A DNA stretch of 63,992 bases, filler included, from Aduncisulcus paluster (lineage: Eukaryota), in the NCBI GenBank assembly GCA_024181965.1. It is 7 parts of 7 records of this genome, joined end to end, with 100 filler letters (N's around TTAATTAATTAA, not from the genome) between each part and the next. Parts side by side here need not be neighbours in the genome. Positions count along the whole stretch, not along the records: positions 39,322 to 51,660 come from BQXS01009749.1; positions 51,761 to 62,761 come from BQXS01009751.1; 5 more parts are not named here. One strand, written 5' to 3'. The notes under the pieces were generated by a model. That model was not told the DNA's origin, made no database searches, and saw only the letters and a list, made by a program, of their open reading frames with translations. Both the position numbers and the translations under genes were made by a program. Each line of letters opens with the position of its first letter. Positions within the stretch are counted from its first letter, which is position 1. Shown piece by piece: positions 46,527 to 58,209 of this stretch.

Positions 46527-49500
46527 ATGATTGGCGCAATAATTAATTTGTTTGTTGTTTTCGGATGTTATACTTTAATATCAATTCCAACAAAGCTGAT
46601 AATGTGGTCTGATACCTTTTCCGATATGTTTTTATCAATTACATGTTTATCATGTGTAATTGGAACAATATGTTTACGTATTTATTCAATTATTGAATAT
46701 TTATTTATTCATACATTCATTGCCAGATTTTCTCCTCCAAAGCCAATTCCCAAGTATCCCATGTTATTTGGATGCTTGTACATAGCTTTTTTAGTACCAA
46801 TTATATACATATGCGCTATTTCAAAAGCACCTAAACTAAGTCTGTTCACAATCTTTTTGCTTATTGTATTTTCTGTTCAAATCCCCTTTTCTATTCAAAG
46901 ACACGAAAAATTAGGTGTAGCCACGTCCAAAAAAGTGATATTTTTAATTGGTCTTGCACGTATATCTATATTTTTTACGATGTTTCTCTTTCTATTCTAC
47001 AAAATTGCCCATCACCCTTCTCTCCTTCCTCTTCCTTCCTTTTCACTCCATTCCTTCACAAAATCCACTTTTACTGGTCTTTTAGGGTCTTCTATCATGG
47101 CTCTTCTCTGCTCTTCGCCGCTATTCTTTGTTTGGTGGGTTATACAAGCAATTAGTATTTCCTCAATTGAAACTGAGATTTTTACCACGAAAGCCGATAA
47201 TTCAGCCATTGATTCCGATAAAACAAGCAATTTTATGGGGTCATCCAAGGTGATTTCTTCGAAAGCACCCTTTGTATCTCCCCCCAATACTGTTCTGTAC
47301 CATAATCATCAAAATATGTCCTTATCTTCGACAAAAACTCCCCAATCAATGCAAGATATTGATAAAACCCGGAGTTCTATGCCGTTTAAGATATCTCTTT
47401 CTCCCTCTTTCAATGCCTCTTCCCCAGATGTTATTCCTTCCTCCTCTTCCTCTTCCTCTTCCACTTCCTCTTCCTCTTCCTCTTCCACTCAGTTGGAACA
47501 ATGTGATCAAGGGTCTAAAGTAATTAAGCAACAGGCATCTAATGAAGAACAAGCCATCCTTTCTGCATCTCTTTCTCCATGTAAATTTCAAGTTTCTTCT
47601 CAATCTTCTCAAAAATCTATAAATATACCCGATATAACTGCTCATCAACATGACCAATCGATGTCTCAGCTATCTGCTACAGCTGGCGTGGAACAGGAGG
47701 ATGTGACCGGTATCTGTGAAGTGTCTTCGAGTGTTGATCTTGATCAAGAAGAATCTGATGAACACTCTTCCTCTCCCTCTTCCTCTTCCTCTTCTTCAAT
47801 ATTTGAACAAATAGATATCTCCACTCCAATTCAAGCTAAAGTTACTGATGATGTACAGTATATGGAAAGCAGAGAACGCACAGAAGGAAGAGAAGAGAGA
47901 GAAGAGAGAGAAGAGAGCCTTCAAAGAACTATGGATGTTCTTGACGGAGTGACAGAGTCCATTCATGACCTCTCTGTCCATGGTGATGGTGCAACCAAGC
48001 TTCATGATACTTTAACAACCAACCTCTCTTTGATGCGAGAAGGAAGAAGAATGGTTGCTACAGTCGGTGAACTAGAAGATGATCTAAAGCGTAAATTACT
48101 ATATAAAAGTCAAACAGAATCACAAGCTTTGGATAAGAAACACGATAAACAGGATGGTATGATGCTTGGGTTGGAATCTTCTGTTTCTCAAGATGTAGAT
48201 ATAAATAGAACATCTGGGTTATCAGAAGAAAAAGAAGGATCTCGTCAAGCACAATCCAAAGAAGAAGATAAAGATTCTAAATCTAAACCTTCCAAGCCCG
48301 TACATCCACATCCGAGATGTTTATACCTCAAATCTACTCCCTCTTCTCTCCAAAATTCCATATCGTCCACTCTTTGTGTCCTAATGCTTAGAGATAGGAC
48401 AAACTCAGACACTGCCTCCATTTGTCTATGGCCTGAGCCTCATTCTTCTTCTTCTTCTTCTTCTTCTTCTCAAGGATCTATAAATAGCACAAAAGAAATA
48501 CCCCCACAATCTGTGAGTCCCAACACTATCTCTGAGCTTTCAGTGCGTAGGTTAGTTGGAGAATGGGTATGTGAGCAATGTATGGGTACTTACGGTTATC
48601 TTATCGGCAACAAACTTTCTCAAAACACCCAGAAAGTAACATTATCTTCAACCGAAAGTAAGGGAATTATGAATCCAAGTCTGTCTGGTTCCAAAAGCGG
48701 ATCAACGATTTCATATTCACACGAACTACAAAAGAAAAAACGAACAACAAATCCTTGGCTTCCATCTCCTTTAAAAGAAAAGAAAAAACGAATTAATCCT
48801 CATGACATTCAACTATTCACTCCCTCATCTTCCTTCCATTACAGGAAAATGAACAGACAACTCAGTACTGGCAGTGTTATTTCAGACGGATACAATCGCT
48901 CAAATCCACGTTCTTCTTCTTCTTCTTCTTCTTCACTTAAAATTCCTACTTCTCCAGGAATGTCTCCAGCACTGACGTTATCCCATTTATCAACGAAAGC
49001 TGATAAAGATAAATCTTTGAAAACAACAGATTCTCATGGATCTCCATCACATGAATCTCCATCAACATCTGTGGCAGCATCATCACAACCTCAACTATCT
49101 CCGATTTCAAGACCATTTCATCACACTTTGGAAGAGGAAGAAGATTTAATAATGGGTACTAGTCTTTCTCACTCTAATCTAAAAATAGATAGACTTTCTC
49201 ACTCGAGGACACAGCCAAAATTGGACAAAGGCCGTGCTATGCATGGTGAAGGTGCTGAATCGTATCGTGGATCTCTGAGTGCACATTCTTCTCACTCTAA
49301 TCTAAAAATAGATAGAGACATTGAGAGAGAGAGAAGAATCTTATCACCAACACGACCAACACCTACAATATCACGATAGCTCTGAGTCATTTGTGTTGCC
49401 CGTATCTCCTTCGATGCCTTCGATTATGAGATCAGGCTCTACCTCAAGACGAGCACCTGTTCAAGGTCGGAGTACAATGAAAAGAAGCCAGACAAGCACT

Positions 49501-50751
49501 GCACTGGGATTTATTGGTAGAGACTTTAGAACCCCCAAGGTACACTCCACGCTCGTTCCAACCTCTTCTCTGCTTAATTCTATTCCTATTGTTTCCTCCT
49601 CTTCCTCCTCCTCTTCCTCCTCTCTCTCTTCTTCTTCTTCTTCTTCATCATCTTCCTCTCTCTCAACTGCTATCAAGAGTTCTTCATATGCGACTTCACA
49701 TTCTCTTCAAGTCCCTCCAATCTTGAGATCAATTGAAGCCTCAATCACAGATAAAAAAGCTTTCTCAACCATATCAAGGCTATTAACTTCTCTGACATCT
49801 TCCCTTACATCTCATTTACAATTATTCCTCGCTCATTCACCATCACACTCCTTCTGTGTATGTATGTGGACAAAACGAGGTCTAAAATTAGATGGGGAGG
49901 CACTGATGAGTTTTCTTAGAGAAGGAATAGTCTGCGGTGAGAAAGTCTATAAAAAGCAACGGTCTTCAATCACGAAAGGAATTCATGAAAAACAAATCCT
50001 CCAGCAATCGACATTGACCTCTTCATATTCAACCCCCCAATTGTTAAGGAAACAGCCTTCACATAAGAATCCCTTGGCTATGTCAAGACATGATGTATAT
50101 GCGTCGGCCGTGGGGTTGAACCCAAGTCCTTCTCTTTCTGTGGGCGATTCACACATCTCTTCTTCTCCACTTGTTGTTCACAACTCTATCGTATATCCTC
50201 CTCTTGCTCTTCTTCAGAGACAATTAGAGTTGATTGGAAAACGATGGGTGTGTCTGCAGCGCGGCATTGATGCTATTAAGTCAGAATTATGGCTCAAGAC
50301 TGCTTCAGGAATATGTATTTGGAGAGATGCTATTGCTTTCCAATTCCATCAGAAATCTCATCAAAAGGTGAACAAAGGTCAAGAACCAAGACAGAAATAT
50401 ACAAGACAGACCGATATAAAACGATCTTTGAGTAGTACTTCGTCAGTTGTAACTCAACACAAATCGTCGAGACCTCCCCGTGAAACCCACCATTCGATGC
50501 CAAGACCTCTGGATAGTGGTGTTCAACAAGGACCAGGGGATGGAACAAGTTCAATAGGAACACCGAGAAATGTAAGTGGAAGAGTCATACTTGCCTCTGA
50601 CCTATTCAATGCTTCAACTGTGTCAAGAAAAGCTGAGAAGAAAGCAAGAGAAGATGAGATGAGACGAAGAGCAATCGGCAACAAAAGAATTCGTGATAGT
50701 GTTCTCTCAATGCATGAATTGACTGTCAAAGCTCTTGGAAAAGATAAATAA
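46527..50751 (+). CDS. Hypothetical multi-TM protein with long Ser-rich cytoplasmic tail; frameshift near 49320-49380
   Basis: ORFs of 950 aa and 476 aa overlap with a +1 offset and have the same poly-Ser composition; ~6 TM segments at the N-terminus. Confidence 0.7.
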
Positions 50752-51016
50752 ATATATTAAATTTTAATCTGTTCTATACATATCAGCTGATATCATATAC
50801 GATAATATCGGGGCTGAAAAATCCCTCTTCCAAACCTCATTCTGGAGACTTGCTCGCCTTGGCGCAGCATTGGCGAAAGGATATGGTTACTGTTTCTCCA
50901 AGTATTTGGCGAAGCTGGATCTAATGAGGAATCCCAGATGTGAAATATAATATAAAATATAAATAATTAAATAAGTGTAAAAATTTATTTGAACAACATT
51001 AAATAAAGACACACCA

Positions 51017-51660
51017 CCTCAAAGTCGCACAGAAGACCGTTGCCAACAGCATCGATCAGTCACATTCTGAGGCTTCAGGTCACAGTGGACAATACCACGC
51101 TCATGCAAGAACGACAGTAGCGTGGAGAACACATTTCAATACTTCTTCATATCTTAGGAAAATCATGGAAATTTTCACATTTTGAAACCGAAAAGTAAGA
51201 ACATTTATTTATTCCCCCTTTTTATTCCTATCAAAGGAACGATAAATGTATGTATTATGTCTTGACTATTTTTAGATTTTTCTGAGAAAAAGCATTTCTC
51301 CCTCATTTCCTTGAGCTGAACTGAGAAGTTTGAAATTTGCCGACAAAAACAATGTCTGAACAAAAGAAAAAAAATGCTATCTTCGAATTTCTTCAATTTG
51401 CTATTAATGTCACATTATTTATCATGAGTATTATCTATCTTAATAAGCTCGGTGATGAGACGATGACAGACGATCTTGAGAATCTTAAAAAGATTCTTGT
51501 TTGGTCCATTGTGGCTCAATCTATCGGTTTCTTTTTCGGTTTCTTCAAGATGGTTGTCTTATGCTCTGAATCCTGTTGTTGCGCCGGATTATTTGTTCTT
51601 GTCTCTATCCCCGCTTCTATCCTCATTCTTGTCCTTTATATTCTCCAAATTGTGTGGTTC
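51017..51660. repeat. 644-bp inverted repeat, right copy
   Basis: Reverse complement of 39359-40002. Confidence 0.93.
51352..51660 (+). CDS. Small multi-pass membrane protein, copy 2 (3'-truncated)
   Basis: Translation identical to copy 1 over the shared length. Confidence 0.75.
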
Positions 51661-51760
51661 NNNNNNNNNNNNNNNNNNNNNNNNNNNNNNNNNNNNNNNN
51701 NNNNTTAATTAATTAANNNNNNNNNNNNNNNNNNNNNNNNNNNNNNNNNNNNNNNNNNNN
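51661..51760. other. Artificial contig linker
   Basis: N44-TTAATTAATTAA-N44. Confidence 0.98.
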
Positions 51761-52736
51761 AGATGAAAGAGATGTTTTTTCGAATTTGGCTGTGACATTG
51801 AAGTTTGTAAACTTCCAAAATAAAGCATTTAATGAGTTTCTACAAGAGTTTAGAACATACTTTTACAGCGGATCTGAGGGATTTATTGATTGTTCGTTGG
51901 CAAGGGTGATTAGAGTTTGGAGAACCACGAATACAGGATTGTAATCATTTTTCAACATATTTCTTGAATATTCCACAATACTTTGGAGTATAGTGGTTAA
52001 TTATGACTTGAAAGAGCAGGAAACAAGGTCACCAAAACGATATGGGAAGTGACACTAAAAAAAAAACGAAAAGATGATCAAGATGTATCGTCTCAAAATT
52101 ACAAAATTACACCATTTCAATTGTCAAAGCAGAGTAGAATGTGTTGATTGTGAATATATTTCGACAATTACTTTGAAGAGGTGGGAGATACTCAGGGATT
52201 GAAACAACAATCAAAACAACCAGTCAAGATCAACTCTATGGATGGAATATGAAGAGAATGCCGGGACATATTATTAGTGAAAATAAGACATCTTTAGCAT
52301 TTCTTGGGATTATAGATCCGAAAGGAAGTCATATGTTGACAAACTTGAGAGTTTTTGAATTGGAGTGTGAAACAACCATGTTGATTCCATTCTCATTTAT
52401 AATATATATGTCCATAAAACAATGAGCAACGATTCATATTTTTTTACCAACTGATTGATATTATTGAACGAGAACGAAAATTTTGGTCATTGAATGTTAT
52501 TCTTTGCTACATTGGAAAACAATATTACCTTGTATGTCGCTTTAATTTCAATATCTTTCATTTTATGTGGGGTTTAAATGCATTTTCTAATCTTTGTCTC
52601 TCTTTACCAAACTGTCATCTCGTTTTTTGCTTTAAACAAAAAAAATTTCATTATACTCGTCGTCATTCTTCATATTATAATATTATTTTCATTTTTTAAT
52701 ACTTTAGAGAATTTTTTATTGAAAGGCTCACATAAC

Positions 52737-55700
52737 ATGGCTTGGTGTGGGAAAAAAGTTGAAGTATGGTTTCCATCATTATAATTTTCAGTTTTATTTT
52801 TGACATTAATTGCATGTCCAATATTAATAGATATTTTATTTTCATAAATTTTCTGATTATTCAGATTATTGTTAAACCAGATATGGTCCGAGCAGGAAAT
52901 GAAGATTGCGTCCCAATTCCAAGAATTGACCCAACTATTCACAGTCCAGATTTTCCATGTATCATGGCAAAGGATGAAACGAAGAAATTTTGCAGTTTTG
53001 GATTCGATCAAAGTTCTGATGCTCGAAAAATGATGAAAGGTGAATCTATAAGTGGAAAATTTACCAATATATCCATTCCTTTTACTTCACCAGTTCCTAT
53101 AAAAGGGGCTTATATCTGTATTGATAACTATATGTCGCCAATTACACGTATTGTCCTCACCTTTACATCTTCCAAGAAGAAAAAGAAATCATTAACTTGT
53201 GAATTCCATGGAAAAAATTGGTATTTACTACCTATTGATCTTTATAATGTTGTACTTTGTGAAATTTCAAGGAGAAAAGGTGAGGATAGGGCTTTCCGAA
53301 TCATCTCCCTCGTTTTTTTCCGAGAAGAAACCCCTGATGAATCCTTCGAACGTGAGTTCAAGAAACAAGAATGTGATGATCGCTGGGATACAGCCCCAAT
53401 AGTCACGGCGAAGTTCATAACATCTGGTGGAAGATACTCTGTTCCTTTTCCCCGTGATGATCCTGGAATCTTACCCCCATCAATGTCGTTAATAGAGGCG
53501 AGAGATTATTCGAAAAGTCGAGAATCCAAATGGTTTGATCAGAGTTTTGAAAGCCAGAATATGCTTAAAGGAGATGCTATTGTTTCTTTGTCCTATCTTT
53601 CCATTCCTTTCGAATCGGCAAACCCCGTTAAAGGTGCTTACATCTGTGTGGACGAAAGTTATAGTTCTCCTTCTCTTCTCTTCACTTTCACTCATGCTGA
53701 TGGTTCAAAAACATCCAGAAAGTATGTATTTCTCAGGCCTGCCCATAAAAATGAATGGTATTTCCTTCCTATTGATTCTTATGACATTACTTCTTGCGAG
53801 ATTGAAGGAAAAGGAATATTTAAAGAGAAAAATAGTCGGTGTTTCTGGATATATTCCCTTGTTTTCATCCGTGGGGAAGATATTCCTTTCACAAAACCTG
53901 AGTTTATCTGCGACGGTGATCATTCTTGCATTCCGATCCCTCGAGATGCACCGATCATGATCCGTCCTGCATTTCCAGTTCTTAAAGCAAGAAATGAAAC
54001 TTTCTCAAGAAGTCTCAAAGAATACGACAGGAGAAATGAGGCTATTCAAATGTTGAAAGGAGGATGGAATCGAGGTTTGTTCACCCACATTTCACTCTCT
54101 TTCTCTTCATGTACACCCATGAAAGGTGCTTATATCTGCATATCTCATGTTTCATCTCCTTCTTATCTGTTATTCACATTTTTTTCTTCAAAGAGAGAAC
54201 GGAGCATCAAGAAATATATATTCCCTCGTTTGGATAAATTCACATGGTTTTTGTTGCCTATTGATTTGCCTGATGTGCTTTCTTGTGAGATTATGGGGAA
54301 AGGAGAAAAGGATCCCGATTTTAATATTGTTTCTCTTGCTTTTGTCAGAGAAGAAACACCCGAAGAAACCTTGGCTCGTAAAAGAAAAGAGAAAATTTGG
54401 ACTCAAGCTGTATGTTAACACTATATATATATATTTTTTTTTTGTATATCAAATTTCACTTATATCTATTTTTAGCCAATCATGAAGAGGAAACGTAAAA
54501 GTTCTGGAGAAAGAAGTATTTTGCCTATTGAAGATGAGCCTATGATTTTCACAAGTCTACTATTTTCAATGGTTGAGGCAAAAAATGATTCTTTTTGCAA
54601 AGATCACCGAGGCTTTTGTCAGAGCATTCCTGCAAGAAAAATGTTAAAAAGGGAGTGTTCTTTGTCCATTTCACATCTTTATGTGCCGTTTACAACTCTT
54701 TGCCCGCTTAAATGTGCTTATATCTGTCTGAATAAGCATTATAGTTCTCCCTCTCTTCTCTTCACTTTCACTCATTCTGATGAAACGAAGACATTCATGA
54801 AATGTGAATTTCCTGTTCTTGAATTTGATCATGAATGGCATTTTTTGCTTATTGATTTGGATAACGTTGTATCATGTGAGATTGAAGGAAAAGGGAGATG
54901 GGATCAGAAGAATAGTCGATGGTTTGATATCGAGTCAATTTTGTTCGTTAGAGGCTATGATATCTCACATGTTCTCCCTGAATATGTTTTCAAGGGTGAC
55001 TATTCGTGCGTTCCAATTCCCAGAGATGATCCAACAATGCTCAATCCTCTGTATTCACATATCACAGCTATCAATGACACCTTGAAAAACGTTGATACTA
55101 AGAGTATCCCAACCATACAGGCTCAAAAGATGATGAAAGGAGAGTATAATATTGGAACTTTTACTCCAAATATCCATACCATTTGCTTCTCCCTCGAATA
55201 TAAGAGGAGCATTTATTTGTTTAGGAAATGCTCAATGTTTAGAACCACTTTCTCTGTATCTTATCTTCACTTTTTTGTCTAATAATGGCAAGACGATAAC
55301 CAAGAAATACGAATTTTTAGATTTGGAAACTTCAACTTGGTTTTTACTCCCTATTGATCTCTCCAATATTGAAATTTGTCAGATTGAAGGCAGAATGATA
55401 ATAGATATATCGGATTCACCGTATAAATATAGCCATGTTTATGAAGAAATCGATTATCAACGTTTTTCTATCCAACATCTTGCATTTGTCCGCACAGAAA
55501 CTCCGCATGAATCTCGAATCCATCGACAAAAAGAATTGTCTTGGGTTCAAGCAGAGAGAATTGATGCAGAATTTAAAAAGGTTGGGTATCTTGATTCAAT
55601 TCCCATTTCTCGAGATTCTCCATCATGTGTCAATCCAAAATTTTCTTCCGTGAAAGCGAGGACCGATTCATGTTGTCGGGAAGCTTCCAGGTATGATAAG

Positions 55701-57566
55701 AGTTTTGATGCTCAGCAAATGCTCAAGGGTAAAGGTGTTGCAATTCTATCGCATCTCTCTATTCCATTCCCAGCACATGATTTCATAATTGGTGCTTATA
55801 TCTGCATTGATAAGAATTACAGTTCTCCATCCCTTCTCTTTACTTTTACCCATGCTGATGGTAAGAAGACCGCCAAAAAGTATGATTTTGTTCGCCCAGA
55901 GCATCCAGGATCTTGGAATGAATGGTATTTCCTTCCTGTCAAACTGTATAGTGTTATTTTATGTGAGATTGAAGGAAATGGAAGATGGGAAGAAGAGAAT
56001 AGTCGATGGTTCAAAATAGATTCTCTTATGTTTATTCGAGATGAAGATATTCCTATTCTTGAGGTTCAAGAAATTCCTCCACAGCTTGTTCCTTCCTCTC
56101 TCCCAACAGCAATTCAAAAGGAAGAAGAAGAAGCAATAGTTGGAATTCCCATAACTCATGATGAACAAGTGGAATCTAAGTTTGAAGGTCATCCAAAAGA
56201 ATCCGATGAAGTGACCATAATGGATATTATCAAACCTAAACTAAATCCTCAGCAAGGCCTTGAGACACTGACCTCTGCTTCCATAATTACACCTCTTTGC
56301 ATCCTTGGTCATGGTGAATTTGGAGAGGTTCTTCTTGTTTCCGTTGCTGGATATTCTTACCCATGTGTTTTAAAGAAGATTCTTAAGAAAGCCGATAAAA
56401 AGCTTGTGAAAGAATGCTGTGATGAGTTTACTTCCCATCTTAGATGGATTCATCGTCTTCCCCGTCCTCTGTATATCCTTAATCTTCTCGATGAATCGAT
56501 GAAAGGAATGTTCGGAGTTTTGACGGAATATTGTATTGGAGGGAGTGTTATGGACTTTGCAAGGAGTTGGTGTGCAGATGGAGACTTTGTGATTGTCAAA
56601 GATAATGTGCCGAAGAAAAACGAAGCAAGCGGGGGTGATTCAAGCCGCGCCTGTGGGGAATCCTCTATTATCCATGATGAGGCTCTACCTTTGGATCCTG
56701 AAACACTAAACCCTATGAAAGTATGCGCTTTATGTGTTGGAATGATTGAATGTCTTGATGACATTTTCAAGGCAAGACCTGGTCTCGTTCATCGAAATAT
56801 CAAACCTGATAACTTTCTAGTGCGTTTTGATTCCATAAGCAAAAAATGTAAAATCGTACTTTCTGATCTCGGATTGGTCCAGATCCGGGATTATGTATCC
56901 GCTGCTCCAACTTCCAAGAAATTTGGTGGCTCTTCGTGTTCCTCTGATGAGAAACCTCCTGAGCCACAATTTGAAGATTTCGTGTACAACTCTTACGAGG
57001 CTCTTCGAGGTTTCTATAGTCAAAAGGGTGATGCTTATTCTCTTGGAATATCGATCCTTGCTCTTTTCTTGTGTTGTGATCCTTTCCTTCAGATGCCAAT
57101 GCTGAAAGGAATAGAAAATTCGAAAGAGTTCATCCGAGAGCTTATTTTGATTATCAAGGAGAATATGGGTCCAAAACTCACCGAAACCGATCTATTTAAG
57201 TCTTTGATTCCTCCTCGAAGGAAAATCAAATTTAAATCTTTGATATCTCTTCGGCGAAAGGAGGAGTTTCAAGCTTTCTTACCTCTTCGTCGTAAAAACA
57301 AACGAATTTATAAATGTCTTAATGAAGTATTCACTGGTCTCACTGAGCTTGATGTTGAGAAACGAATGACTGTTCACCAAGCCTGTGTGAAAGTGCAGTC
57401 AATCAAACGTTTCCTTCCAAAGATTGGAGAAGGGTGGTATTGTCCAAGGGTTGAAGATACTATATATGAACAATGTAAGAAATATGGAGGATACACAGGT
57501 ACAATTGAGGATAATGTCACCTCCGAAGAAGAAAAGAAGGAAGAAAAAGCTGATCAGAAAGAGTAA
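52737..57566 (+). CDS. Protein with six tandem ~160-190-aa beta-rich repeats and a C-terminal kinase-like domain; two introns, one frameshift
   Basis: Exons 52737-52763, 52865-54409 and 54476-57566, with an extra base at ~55166. Repeat consensus PIPRD.P...QML.G...SIPF...KGAYIC...LLFTF...W.LLPIDL..CEIEG. Kinase motifs GHGEFG, VLKK, HRNIKPDN, DLG and DAYSLG. Confidence 0.85.
52764..52864 (+). other. Spliceosomal intron (101 nt)
   Basis: GTATGG...TTCTGATTATTCAG; AT-rich; joins MAWCGKKVE to IIVKPD in frame. Confidence 0.75.
54410..54475 (+). other. Spliceosomal intron (66 nt)
   Basis: GTATGT...TTTTTAG. Removal deletes an in-frame TAA and gives WTQA|PIM, matching WDTAPIV in the sister repeat. 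Confidence 0.9.
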
Positions 57567-58209
57567 GTTTGCATTACTATTATCATGGAAATCTTTGTTT
57601 TATCTTTGTTTTATTTGGCTTTTTATTTGCTTTTCCTGAATAGCAAATATTATTGCTATTTTCTTTTTGTTTATAATTACCCCTTTTAATTTATATTTAT
57701 ATTTAAATAATAGGTTTTCAAGACTATTTTGTCTTTTTTTTCTGTTCTTCGCTGTTTTTACAATTAAAACACATCCAAAATAGCGTTTTGAACATTATTA
57801 TGTTTTATTTTTGTTTATTATGTAACTAATATCCAAATTTGGAATGAAATTAGTTTGTGAATTCTAAAAATAGAAACTCTATAAATAGAAAATGTTTTTT
57901 CAAAAATGGATAACGAGGTCTGTACATCTTAAGTGCATCATTGTGGTATATTGTTAACTAGTTGGTTCGATTCCTAGAAGTCTTCCTGAATGGATAAACT
58001 CGGAATAAACTTTGTGATGAGAATCATCACTTTATACGTTTTCATGACATAATTAAATTGCCATATCACCTAAAATAATTTTTTTATTTCTTAACTTATG
58101 AGATATATGCCTCTAAAGTTGATCCAACTGAATTCCTTTTCTGATTCCTCAGGAGAAATCATTCTACAAAGGGATTTGTTAACATTATCGTTCATAAAGT
58201 TTTATAATA

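Noticed and set aside
50809-50880. Resemblance to a TPP riboswitch (GGGGCTGA..ACCT) or the U6/U4 5' stem
   Set aside because: The core CUGAGA and GCGNAGG elements and the U6 ACAGAGA box are absent.
51761-52400. Coding-like fragments at the contig start
   Set aside because: There are multiple stops and no recognisable motif, so a call cannot be supported.
28240-55170. Genome-wide programmed +1 or stop-codon frameshifting, as in Euplotes
   Set aside because: The shift sites share no motif, one RT shift is -1, and two are not adjacent to stops. Indels or decay explain them better.
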